This document shows, in pieces, positions 46,834-55,445 of a DNA stretch of 64,000 bases (positions are counted from its first letter, which is position 1; each line of letters begins with the position of its first letter). Under the pieces are notes generated by a model. It had not been told where the DNA came from. It ran no database searches and saw nothing but the letters and a program-made list of their open reading frames with translations. The stretch is taken from contig BTVJ01000028.1 in assembly GCA_045863395.1 (NCBI GenBank), forward strand, positions 1-64,000, given 5' to 3'. The DNA is from Myxococcales bacterium. Lineage in GTDB: Bacteria > Myxococcota_A > UBA9042 > JABWCM01 > BTVJ01. Both the position numbers and the translations under genes were made by a program.

Positions 46834-49800
46834 CTATGGCCCGTCTGGGGTGTGAACGCACCCGCTGGCGTCGCAGGTGTCGAAGGTGGTGGGGTCGCCG
46901 TCGTCGCAGCTCGCGGGGAGGCCGAAGCAGCCCGCGCCCGCGCACTGGTCCTCCTCGGTGCAGACGTCCCCGTCGTCGCAGGGGCCGGGGAGGAAGGTCC
47001 ACGTGCAGCCGACGATCGCGTCGCAGCCGTCGAGGGTGCAGGGGTTCTCGTCGTCGCAGTCCACGACGGCCCCGGTGCAGCCCCCCCCGGCGCAGGCGTC
47101 GTCCTCGGTGCAGGGGTCGCCGTCGTCGCAGGGGCCGCCCACCGGGGCGTGAGCGCAGGCCTGCGTCACGGGGTCGCAGGAGTCGGCGGTGCACGGCTCG
47201 TCGTCGTCGCAGGCGGCGCTCGACCCCGCACACAGGCCGCTGGACCCGCAGGCGTCGTTCTCCGTGCAGGTGTTGCCGTCGTCGCAAGGCGCGCCCGTCA
47301 GCGGGTCGTTGCGGCACCCGCTGGACACGTCGCAGAGGTCGATGGTGCAGAGGTTCCCATCGTCGCAGGCGATCGACTCGGGGGGCACTGTGCCGAGGCA
47401 GAGGCCTCCGGTACAGGCGTCGCCCTCCGTGCAGGCGAGCCCGTCGTCGCAGGGCCCCTCGGCCGGGTCGTGGACACAGCCAAAGATGGCATCGCACCCG
47501 TCGGACGTGCATGGGTTGCCGTCGTCGCAGGGGTCCGGGGTGCCAGTGCAGTTGCCGCCCAGGCACGTGTCCCCTTGCGTGCACACGTCACCGTCGTCGC
47601 AGTCGCCCGCCGCAGGAGTCCACGTGCACAGCCCCGTCGCCGGCACGCACGCGCCCGCATGGCACGGGTCGCCGTCGTCGCAGTCCAGCAGCGTGCCCGT
47701 GCACACGCCGCCGGTGAAGCACACGTCGAGCTGGGTACACGGGTTGCCGTCGTCGCACTCCAGGAAGGTCGGGATGTGGGCACACCCCATGGCGGGGTCG
47801 CAGATGGACCACGTGCACGGGTTGCCGTCATCGCACATCGCCGAGCCCCCGTCCTCCGGCGGGGCGCCCATGCACACGCCCTCGACACAGGAGTCCCCCG
47901 CTGTACAGGGGTTGCCGTCGTCGCAGGGTCCCGCCTTCGGGGTCATCTGGCAACCCGTCACCGGGTTGCACGCCGCCGTGACGCACGGGTTGGAGTCCTC
48001 GCACGGGAGTGGCTCGCCGGGCACGCACGCGCCGTCCGCGCAGAGATCGCCGGTCGTGCAGGCGTTGCCATCCTCGCAGGGGCGGTCGTCGTCGGGGACG
48101 TGGACGCAGCCGCCGCCGTCCTCGCAGGTGTCGTAGGTGCACGGCGAGCCGTCGTCGCAGGCGGCGGCGAGCCCCAAGCAGAGGATGCCGTCGCAGGCGT
48201 CGCCGGTCGTGCACGCCTTGCCGTCGTCGCACGGGGTTCCCGCCACCGCCGGGGGGTGCTGGCAGCCCGCGCCGGGGACGCACGGGTCGGCGGTGCACGG
48301 GTTGCCGTCCTCGCAGTCCGCGTCCGGGATGGGGGCGTGGGTGCAGCCGGCGGCCCCACAGCCGTCAGAGGTGCACGGGTCGCCGTCGCTGCACGGGTCC
48401 GGGGTGTGCTTGCACCCGACCCCGGGGCTGCAGGTGTCCAGGGTGCAGGGGTCACCGTCGGCGCAGACCTGAGCGCCGACGGGCGTGAACACGCAGGCGC
48501 CAGACTTCGGGTCGCACGAGTCAGCGGTGCACGGATCCAGGTCGTTGCACGCCGCCTGTGTCCCCTTGCACAGCCCTGCGGCGTCGCAGGCGGTCTGGCT
48601 CGTGCAGGCGTCCCCGTCATCGCAAGGAGCGCCCACGCCGAGGGCGGAGTGGACGCAGCCTACGGCGGGGTCACAGGCGTCCGCCGTGCACGGGTCCCCG
48701 TCGGCGCAGGCGATCGACACGTGCTCGCAGCCCTTCCCCGTCTTGCAGGCGTCGAGGGTGCAGGCATCGCCGTCGTCGCAGTAGCCGGCGGGAGCGGGCA
48801 CATAGGCGCAGGCGCCGGTCGCCGGGGCGCAGGCCGCGAGCACACAGGGGTCACCGCTGTTGCAGACCAGCGGAGATCCGCCGCAGGCGCCGCCCTGGCA
48901 CACGTCACCCTTCGTGCAGGCGTCCCCGTCGTCGCAGGCGCCGCCGTCCTCCTTCGGGATCGCCGCGCACCCGGCGGCCTGGCACACATCGGTGGTGCAC
49001 GGGTCCCCGTCGTCGCACGTGATGGGCGTCCCCGCCGCGCAACCGCCCGCGAGGCACACCTCGGCACCGTTGCACGGGTTCTCGTCGTCGCAGGCCGCGT
49101 CCGTCTCGCAGAAGAAGCCGCAGCCCGCGACGAGCTCGTGGACGCACCCGGCCGGGCCGCAGGAGTCCGCCGTGCAGGGGTCCCCATCGACGCACGGGTC
49201 GACCGTGTAGGAGCAGCCAGCACCGGTGGCGCACTCTCCTGCCGTACAGGGGTCCCCGTCGTCGCAGACCGGACCGCCCGCGCACTGGCCCCCGGCGCAG
49301 CTTGCAGCGGTACACGGGTCGCCGTCGTCGCAGGGGGTCCCGTCAGGGGCCGGGGAGCTGCCGCAGACGCCACCGTCGCAGGTGTCCAGCGTGCACGGGT
49401 CGCCATCGTCGCACACCGCCTGGCCTGCCTCGCAGTTGGCGATGACGCAGGTCGTGCCTGCGGTGCAGGGGTCCCCGTCGTCGCAGGGCTGGCCATGGAG
49501 CGGCAGACCCGTGCAGCCCAGCCCCGGGACGCAGGTCGGGTCGACGCACGGGTCTCCGTCGTCACAGTCGGTCGGGGCGCCGATGCAGGCGCCGGCCACG
49601 CAGCTCTCGCCGTCCGTGCAGGGGTCGCCGTCGTCGCAGGCTCCTTCCACGGGCACGCTGACGCAGCCCCCGCTCAGGCAGGTGTCCGCGGTGCAAGGGT
49701 CGCCGTCGTCGCAGGACGGCGGCGACCCCGCCACACAAACGCCATCGCACCCCTCCGAGCCGTTGCAGGCGTCGCCATCGTCGCACTGCTGGGGGGTCTG

Positions 49801-51093
49801 GCAGGCATCTCCACAGCCCTCGACGGGCTGGTGGATGCAGCCGGCCGCACCGCAGGCGTCGAGCGTGCAGGGGTCGCCGTCGTCACAGGTCGTGGGCTTC
49901 GACACGCAGCCGAGGATCGGGTGGCAGGTCCACTCCACGCAGCCGCCAGCCTGGCTGGGGCTTCCACAGGCCGCCAGGTCCAGGGTGTGCTCACAGTCGC
50001 CGTCCACGCAGGCGTCCGCGGTGCAAGGGACGCCGTCGTCGCAGGCCACCGGCACCGTCAGGCAGCCGAGGTCCGTGACGCAGTCCGAGAGGGTGCAGGG
50101 GTCGTCGTCGGTGCAGTCCGGGGGAGGCGCGAGGACGACGCAGCCCGAGGCCGGGTCGCAGCCCTCGCCGCCGTTGCACGGGTCCCCGTCGTCGCAGGCG
50201 ACGGGAGCCGTGACGCACCCGGCGGGCATGCAGGTGTCCGTGGTGCACGCGTCCCCGTCGTCGCACTCCCCGGGCTTGCAGGGCGGGGCGCACTGGGGGA
50301 GCAGCGCGTGGACGCAGTCACCGGCGACGCACGAGTCCGCGGTGCAGGCATCCCCATCGTCGCAGGTCATGGGAGTGGGCTTGCACCCCGTGGCGGGCAG
50401 GCAGACGTCCGACGTGCAAGGGTCGCCGTCGTCGCACGGGAGCGGGTCGAACGTGCAGGAGCCGCCCACGCAGGCGTCGGCGGTGCAGAGGGACCCGTCG
50501 TCGCAGACCAGCGGCTGGTAGGTGCACTCCCCCCCGGCGCAGCCGTCGATGGTGCAGGGGTCGCCGTCGGAGCATGGGAGCGCCGCCCCGGCGCACTCGC
50601 CGTCGAGAGTGCACTCATCGTCGATGGTGCAGGCACTCCCGTCGTCGCAGGGCGTCCCCACGTCTACGGGCTGTGGCTTGCAGGCTCCGTCGGAGGGGTC
50701 GCAGGCGGCGACGAGGCAGTCCGTGTCGTCCGCGCCGTCACACTCCACCGGCGGGCCGTCCCCGGCGATGCACGCCCCGTCGGCACACACCCACGCGGGG
50801 CCGCAGAGGGCGTCCTTGGGGCGCTGGCAGTCGTCGTCGGTCTCGCAGGAGGGGACCGCGACGTCCGCCGACGCGTCGGCGCCGCCGCCTGCGTCGTCGA
50901 CGTCACCCACGTCCAATCCTCCCCCGTCGGCGCCCCCATCGGTGGAGGCCGCGTCGCCGGCCCCATCCGCGCCCACGTCCTTGGTGGCGAAGGGCGCGGG
51001 CTCGGCCTCGATGCACGACGCGAGCAGCAGCGCAGCGGCCACCGCCCGCACTCCCCACCGAGCGCCCGGACGGGTGCGTGGTTCCATGATCAT
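46834..51093 (-). CDS. Very long Cys-rich CTDC-repeat lipoprotein
   Basis: AGGAGG RBS; lipobox LASC; dozens of CDDGDPCTxDxC modules running to the C-terminus. Confidence 0.87.
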   Translation of the reverse strand: MIMEPRTRPGARWGVRAVAAALLLASCIEAEPAPFATKDVGADGAGDAASTDGGADGGGLDVGDVDDAGGGADASADVAVPSCETDDDCQRPKDALCGPAWVCADGACIAGDGPPVECDGADDTDCLVAACDPSDGACKPQPVDVGTPCDDGSACTIDDECTLDGECAGAALPCSDGDPCTIDGCAGGECTYQPLVCDDGSLCTADACVGGSCTFDPLPCDDGDPCTSDVCLPATGCKPTPMTCDDGDACTADSCVAGDCVHALLPQCAPPCKPGECDDGDACTTDTCMPAGCVTAPVACDDGDPCNGGEGCDPASGCVVLAPPPDCTDDDPCTLSDCVTDLGCLTVPVACDDGVPCTADACVDGDCEHTLDLAACGSPSQAGGCVEWTCHPILGCVSKPTTCDDGDPCTLDACGAAGCIHQPVEGCGDACQTPQQCDDGDACNGSEGCDGVCVAGSPPSCDDGDPCTADTCLSGGCVSVPVEGACDDGDPCTDGESCVAGACIGAPTDCDDGDPCVDPTCVPGLGCTGLPLHGQPCDDGDPCTAGTTCVIANCEAGQAVCDDGDPCTLDTCDGGVCGSSPAPDGTPCDDGDPCTAASCAGGQCAGGPVCDDGDPCTAGECATGAGCSYTVDPCVDGDPCTADSCGPAGCVHELVAGCGFFCETDAACDDENPCNGAEVCLAGGCAAGTPITCDDGDPCTTDVCQAAGCAAIPKEDGGACDDGDACTKGDVCQGGACGGSPLVCNSGDPCVLAACAPATGACAYVPAPAGYCDDGDACTLDACKTGKGCEHVSIACADGDPCTADACDPAVGCVHSALGVGAPCDDGDACTSQTACDAAGLCKGTQAACNDLDPCTADSCDPKSGACVFTPVGAQVCADGDPCTLDTCSPGVGCKHTPDPCSDGDPCTSDGCGAAGCTHAPIPDADCEDGNPCTADPCVPGAGCQHPPAVAGTPCDDGKACTTGDACDGILCLGLAAACDDGSPCTYDTCEDGGGCVHVPDDDRPCEDGNACTTGDLCADGACVPGEPLPCEDSNPCVTAACNPVTGCQMTPKAGPCDDGNPCTAGDSCVEGVCMGAPPEDGGSAMCDDGNPCTWSICDPAMGCAHIPTFLECDDGNPCTQLDVCFTGGVCTGTLLDCDDGDPCHAGACVPATGLCTWTPAAGDCDDGDVCTQGDTCLGGNCTGTPDPCDDGNPCTSDGCDAIFGCVHDPAEGPCDDGLACTEGDACTGGLCLGTVPPESIACDDGNLCTIDLCDVSSGCRNDPLTGAPCDDGNTCTENDACGSSGLCAGSSAACDDDEPCTADSCDPVTQACAHAPVGGPCDDGDPCTEDDACAGGGCTGAVVDCDDENPCTLDGCDAIVGCTWTFLPGPCDDGDVCTEEDQCAGAGCFGLPASCDDGDPTTFDTCDASGCVHTPDGP

Positions 51094-51204
51094 GTCTGCC
51101 TCCTGGTCCGCGCAGTCCGGCCCAATGTGACTTCGAGCCGTTCACTTCCATGCGAACGGCATCCTAAGTCCAACGTGGGCTCCTGCGCCAGCCCCCCGGA
51201 ACCG

Positions 51205-53130
51205 TCAGGCCACTCTCTGCGCGCCAGCCGCGAGGCCGAGCTCTCGGCTCAGCGCGAGGATGCAGGCGAGGCGCCGCCCCCGGTGGACCCGCACGTAGGG
51301 GACACCCGCACGACGACATGCCTGCACCATCTGCGCGTCCATGCTGTGGGACTGGAAGCCCGTTGCGCCCAGGACGAAGTCGTAGCGGCCGCTGTCCACG
51401 CGGTCGCTGACGTCCTGGAGGCGGCGGGGACCGCCCTCGCACCAGTCGAGATCCGAGAAGGAGAACGTCCTCTTCAGCTCGTCGTGCAGATCCGGGTCGC
51501 GGCGGTTGCCGATGAACAGGGCGGACTTGCCGCGCGTGCGGGGCAGCAGCACCTGGAGCAGAGCGTCCGCCGGGTCCTCGCGCTGCACGTCCTCCACGGC
51601 ATCTGGGATCTCCTCCTGCTCCAGGGGGGGAGGCATGGCGCGTCCGTCCAGCGCGGTGGCGGCCGCCAGTATCTTCGTCAGCCGGCGCTTCCATCGACGC
51701 GCGTTGGTGCCATCGGGCGGCTCCATGGCGCTCAGGGCGACCAGCAGGTCTCCGTGGGGCGCCAGGCAGGAAGCGATGCGCTCCCCCGGCAGCACCTCGA
51801 TGGCATCGGCCAGCCACCGGGCGACCGACGCAGCCTCCTGCGGCTGGCGCGGGTCGGGCGCCGTCTGCAGAACGCGCCGCTTGAGCAGCTTCAGGCGCTT
51901 GGCGTCGGGGTCCTGGCCGAGCTCGGCGGCCCAGGGGCGCGGGGGCCGGAGGGCTGGGTCGAGCAGCTTTGCGAGTGGCGCGGCGGCCTTGACCTGTGCG
52001 GCGAGCCACCGCAGCCGACCCACGAGCGCGCCCCACTCCTCGAAGTCTGAGACGAACCCGCGGAGCCACCGCACGAGCCGCGCCCACTCGACCCAGGAGG
52101 CCACGTGATCGGGCTTCGGGGCGGTGAGCGCCTTCGGAACGGAGCCCGGAGGGGCGGCGTCCAGGGAGCCGAGCACCGGCTCCACGCGGCGCCGCAGCTC
52201 GTGGAGCTGCTGGTCCGGGCGCAGGGGCCCTGGCTCGAGGAAGCTCGCGTCCGCCCACCCGTACTCGTCGAGGCCGGCGCGCTCGTCGCGCTCCTCCACG
52301 CTCGCGAGGTGGGCCTCGACGGCCAGCGCGGCGGCCAACCACGTGCGGGGCCGCTCGTCCACCGGCAGGCCGATCTCCCGGCCCACGTCGTTGGGGGTCG
52401 TGTCCTTGCGCAGACCGATGACGGCGCCCGGCCACCAGGCCTTGGCCCAGGAGCTCAACATGCGGGCGATCTCGGCGACCCGCTTGACCACCACCGGCTC
52501 GTCGTCGGTGGCCTCCTCGGCGCTGCGCGCGCGGCAGATCCAAGCGAGCAGGATCAGGCCCTGCCGGTGCGGCGCCATCAGCGCCACCTCCGGGCGCTCC
52601 GCCGTGATGGCGTCGTGCAGGAGGCCGACCGCGCCCAGCGCCGCGTCGACGGTCATGGGCTCGACGAGGCGCCTCCGCTCCGCAGGCGCCGCTCGCGGGG
52701 TCTCCGGCGGAGGCGCCACGGCCGCGACGGGCGCTGCCTCGCCGGGGTGCACCAGGGAGTCATCGTCGGGCACCAGCTCCCGCCGGTCCGCCTCGACCGC
52801 CCCCCCGAGGTCCACCTCCGCGGCGTCCTGCTCCTGCACCAGGTACATCGGCGCGACGTCCGCCGGCGCGGCGTCCGCAAATGGACCGACCTGGGGGGCC
52901 GCCTCGGCGGCAAGCGCCGCATCCAGGAGGGCGCGGGCCGCCCTCGACGGCAGCGCCTGGCGCAGGGCGTCCAGCGCGGCCTCGTCACGATCCGGGCCGC
53001 GCCCGAGCCAGCGCTCGTCCTCGCACCAGAGCAGGCACTCGACCCACGCCCCGTCGCGGAACGCGGCCCTGTACCCGAGCCCCTCGAGCCACCGCAGCGC
53101 CGCCTCGACCTCATGGGGGGACTTCAGCAT
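51205..53130 (-). CDS. Hypothetical protein with C-terminal DUF2325-like domain
   Basis: Start moved to MLKSPHEV because the upstream part overlaps thiO; C-terminal FIG...DFVL..TGFQSH.......C...GVPY pattern. Confidence 0.65.
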   Translation of the reverse strand: MLKSPHEVEAALRWLEGLGYRAAFRDGAWVECLLWCEDERWLGRGPDRDEAALDALRQALPSRAARALLDAALAAEAAPQVGPFADAAPADVAPMYLVQEQDAAEVDLGGAVEADRRELVPDDDSLVHPGEAAPVAAVAPPPETPRAAPAERRRLVEPMTVDAALGAVGLLHDAITAERPEVALMAPHRQGLILLAWICRARSAEEATDDEPVVVKRVAEIARMLSSWAKAWWPGAVIGLRKDTTPNDVGREIGLPVDERPRTWLAAALAVEAHLASVEERDERAGLDEYGWADASFLEPGPLRPDQQLHELRRRVEPVLGSLDAAPPGSVPKALTAPKPDHVASWVEWARLVRWLRGFVSDFEEWGALVGRLRWLAAQVKAAAPLAKLLDPALRPPRPWAAELGQDPDAKRLKLLKRRVLQTAPDPRQPQEAASVARWLADAIEVLPGERIASCLAPHGDLLVALSAMEPPDGTNARRWKRRLTKILAAATALDGRAMPPPLEQEEIPDAVEDVQREDPADALLQVLLPRTRGKSALFIGNRRDPDLHDELKRTFSFSDLDWCEGGPRRLQDVSDRVDSGRYDFVLGATGFQSHSMDAQMVQACRRAGVPYVRVHRGRRLACILALSRELGLAAGAQRVA

Positions 53131-53136
53131 CGGCGC

Positions 53137-53198
53137 AGTATCTGGACGCCCCGCCGCGATTGCAATCCCTTGCACGTCGCGGGGAGCACGGGTAGCCT
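53137..53198. promoter_or_regulatory. Back-to-back candidate sigma-70 promoters, likely leaderless or near-leaderless
   Basis: Plus strand TTGCAC(53170)-N17-TAGCCT(53193), ATG 8 nt later; minus strand TTGCAA(53165)-N17-GATACT(53142), ATG 6 nt later; neither gene has an SD sequence. Confidence 0.45.
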
Positions 53199-53206
53199 CG
53201 CCCGTC

Positions 53207-54331
53207 ATGGGCAGCCCGGACGTCGTGATCATCGGTGGAGGCTCGGTCGGCTGCGCCGTGGCGCGAGCGCTGGCGCGGGGCGGCGCCCGTGTCGAGGTGC
53301 TGGAGCGCGCGATCCCCGGCGCCGAGGCGTCGAGCGCCGCGGCGGGCATCATCGGCGCGCAAGGCGAGGCCGACTCGCCGGGCCCCTTCCTGGACCTGTG
53401 CCTGCGGAGCCGCTCCCTGTACGCAGACTGGACCGCCGCTCTGGAGGACGAGACCGGGGTCTCCGTCGGCTGGCGCCGGAGCGGGCTCCTGCACCTGGCC
53501 CACGACGAGGTCGAGGGGCGCCTGCTGACCCGGCGGGTCGAGCAGCAGGCCGCCCTCGGGCTCCACGCCGAGGTCCTGGACCGCGCCCAGGTCCTCGCCC
53601 TGGAGCCCGCGGTGGACCCCTCTGTCCTCGGCGCCGTGTGGTTCCCGGAGGACGGCCAGGTGGACCCTCGCCGGCTCGTCAAGGCGCTCGCCATCGGCGC
53701 CGAGCGCGCCGGGGCCCACTTTCGGACCGGTGCCGTCGCGCGGCGGGTCGTCCACGAGGGAGGCCGGGTCCTGGGCGTCGACGTGGACGGCGTGCTGCTC
53801 CCGGCGGGCACCGTCGTCCTCGCGGCGGGCGCCTGGTCGAGCCTGGTGCCCGGGGCCGGCCTCCCCGAGCGGGTGGTCCGCCCGGCCCGGGGGCAGCTCC
53901 TCAAGCTGGAGACGCGCTCCCCGGTCCTCTCGGCGGTGGTCTACTCGGCGGCCGGCTACGTGGTCCCCCGGGCGGACGGGACGGTCCTCGTAGGCAGCAC
54001 ACTGGAGATGGTCGGCTTCCACAAGGCCGTGACCGTCTCGGGGCTCGCGGCTCTGGCCGCCATCGCCACCGGCATCGCCCCGAGCCTGGGCGCGGCGTCG
54101 GTCGTCGACTCCTGGGCGGGCTTCCGCCCCCACACCGGCGACCTGCTGCCGCTGCTCGGCCCTACCCCGCTCCACGGCCTGCTGCTCGCCACGGGGCACT
54201 ACCGCAACGGCATCCTGCTCACGCCGGTGACGGCCGAGATCATCGCGGCCCTCGTGCTCCGCGGCGAATCGCCGGTGGACCTGGGACCCTTCTCCATGCA
54301 GCGCCTCGAGGACCCCGGAGCCGACACATGA
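53207..54331 (+). CDS. thiO: Glycine oxidase ThiO (DAO family FAD oxidoreductase)
   Basis: VIIGGGSVG, ASSAAAGII, DGQVDPR, VLAAGAWS, RP.RGQ, YVVPR, GST.E, WAGFRP, ATGHYRNGILL.P. Confidence 0.85.
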   Translation: MGSPDVVIIGGGSVGCAVARALARGGARVEVLERAIPGAEASSAAAGIIGAQGEADSPGPFLDLCLRSRSLYADWTAALEDETGVSVGWRRSGLLHLAHDEVEGRLLTRRVEQQAALGLHAEVLDRAQVLALEPAVDPSVLGAVWFPEDGQVDPRRLVKALAIGAERAGAHFRTGAVARRVVHEGGRVLGVDVDGVLLPAGTVVLAAGAWSSLVPGAGLPERVVRPARGQLLKLETRSPVLSAVVYSAAGYVVPRADGTVLVGSTLEMVGFHKAVTVSGLAALAAIATGIAPSLGAASVVDSWAGFRPHTGDLLPLLGPTPLHGLLLATGHYRNGILLTPVTAEIIAALVLRGESPVDLGPFSMQRLEDPGADT

Positions 54332-54699
54332 GCCGCCACTTCCTGGTCATCGGCGCCATCTCCGGCTTCCTGAGCGTCGCGCTGGGCGCCTTCGCGGCCC
54401 ACGCGCTCAAGGTGCGGCTCACGGCGCACCTGCTCGCCATCTTCGAGACGGGCGTCCGCTACCAGCTCACCCACGCCCTGGCGCTGCTCGCCGTGGGCAT
54501 CCTGGCGCGCGGCTCCGACTCGCGGCTCCTCCAGGTGGCCGGCTGGTCCTTCGTCGGGGGCACCCTGGTCTTCTCGGGCAGCCTGTACGCCCTGAGCACT
54601 CTGGGGGAGCGCTGGCTCGGCGCGATCACGCCCGTCGGCGGCGCCGCCTTCCTGGTGGGCTGGGCGTGCCTCGCCGCCGCCGCTTGGCGGCAAGGGTAG
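54328..54699 (+). CDS. DUF423 (YgdD/TMEM256) membrane protein
   Basis: LGAFAAH, FETGVRYQ..H, FSGSLY, GAITPVGG; ATGA-coupled to thiO. Confidence 0.92.
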   Translation: MSRHFLVIGAISGFLSVALGAFAAHALKVRLTAHLLAIFETGVRYQLTHALALLAVGILARGSDSRLLQVAGWSFVGGTLVFSGSLYALSTLGERWLGAITPVGGAAFLVGWACLAAAAWRQG

Positions 54700-54752
54700 G
54701 CGACCCGGCACCCCCCTCGCCGGGGCACGGTCTTGAACGGAGCGCTCGAAGG

Positions 54753-55445
54753 TCAGCGCAGGTGCAGCACCGCGATGGCGTCCAGGTCGAAGCCGGCGCT
54801 GGGCGGGGCCTTCACCGTGGTCAGATCGCGGATGCGCACGAAGCGGGCCTCGGTGAGCCCGACATCCGCGAGATCGAAGGGGTCGCCACCGATGATCGTC
54901 GGGTCGGGCGGGAGGCTCCCGGCCGCGTCGAAGGGCTCCACGGGGCGCCAGCCGGCGCAGCCGGGCCAGGGGGGACCGGAGTCGGGATCGCAGGGAAACG
55001 CCACCCAGCTCTTGCCGTCCGAACTCACCGAGACCTCACCCAGCTCCACGAAGGGGTGGTCCGGGTCACCGCCCGCGAAGAACGCGTTCTCGAAGACGAT
55101 GAGGTCGGGGCCCGGGCCGTCGGCGACAACCCGGTCTCCAAAGCCCATGACCACGGAGCCCCCCGCGCCCAGCGAGAGCACGTCCAGGGACTGCGCGCTC
55201 GCGCCGCCGCCCTTGGGTGGGCCGAGGACCACGTCGGGCAGCTTGGCCTGCCCGAAGCCGGCGCCGGGGCCGGGCTCGAAGGCGACCACCTCCGAGGCGT
55301 AGGTCTCTTCGACCGTCGCCGGGTGGCGCCAGGAGGCTGCCGCGTCCGGGTCCGGCGCTCCCCCGTCGACTCCGGCGGCGCCGGGGTCCACGGCACAGGC
55401 AGCCAGCGCGAGCGCCCCGCCCAGCGCGCAGGCGCGCCTAGTCAC
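54753..55445 (-). CDS. Cell-surface lipoprotein, cobalamin-riboswitch regulated
   Basis: Lipobox LAAC; LSLG.GG, DG.G.DLIVFEN.F, VS.DG..W, GGD.FDL, GFDLDAI; overlaps the upstream gene's stop. Confidence 0.8.
   Translation of the reverse strand: MTRRACALGGALALAACAVDPGAAGVDGGAPDPDAAASWRHPATVEETYASEVVAFEPGPGAGFGQAKLPDVVLGPPKGGGASAQSLDVLSLGAGGSVVMGFGDRVVADGPGPDLIVFENAFFAGGDPDHPFVELGEVSVSSDGKSWVAFPCDPDSGPPWPGCAGWRPVEPFDAAGSLPPDPTIIGGDPFDLADVGLTEARFVRIRDLTTVKAPPSAGFDLDAIAVLHLR

Noticed and set aside
53131..53904. N-terminal extension of the 899-aa ORF, and the 735/864-aa plus-strand extensions
   Set aside because: Mutual antisense overlaps; true starts are placed at 53130 (-), 53207 (+) and 54328 (+).
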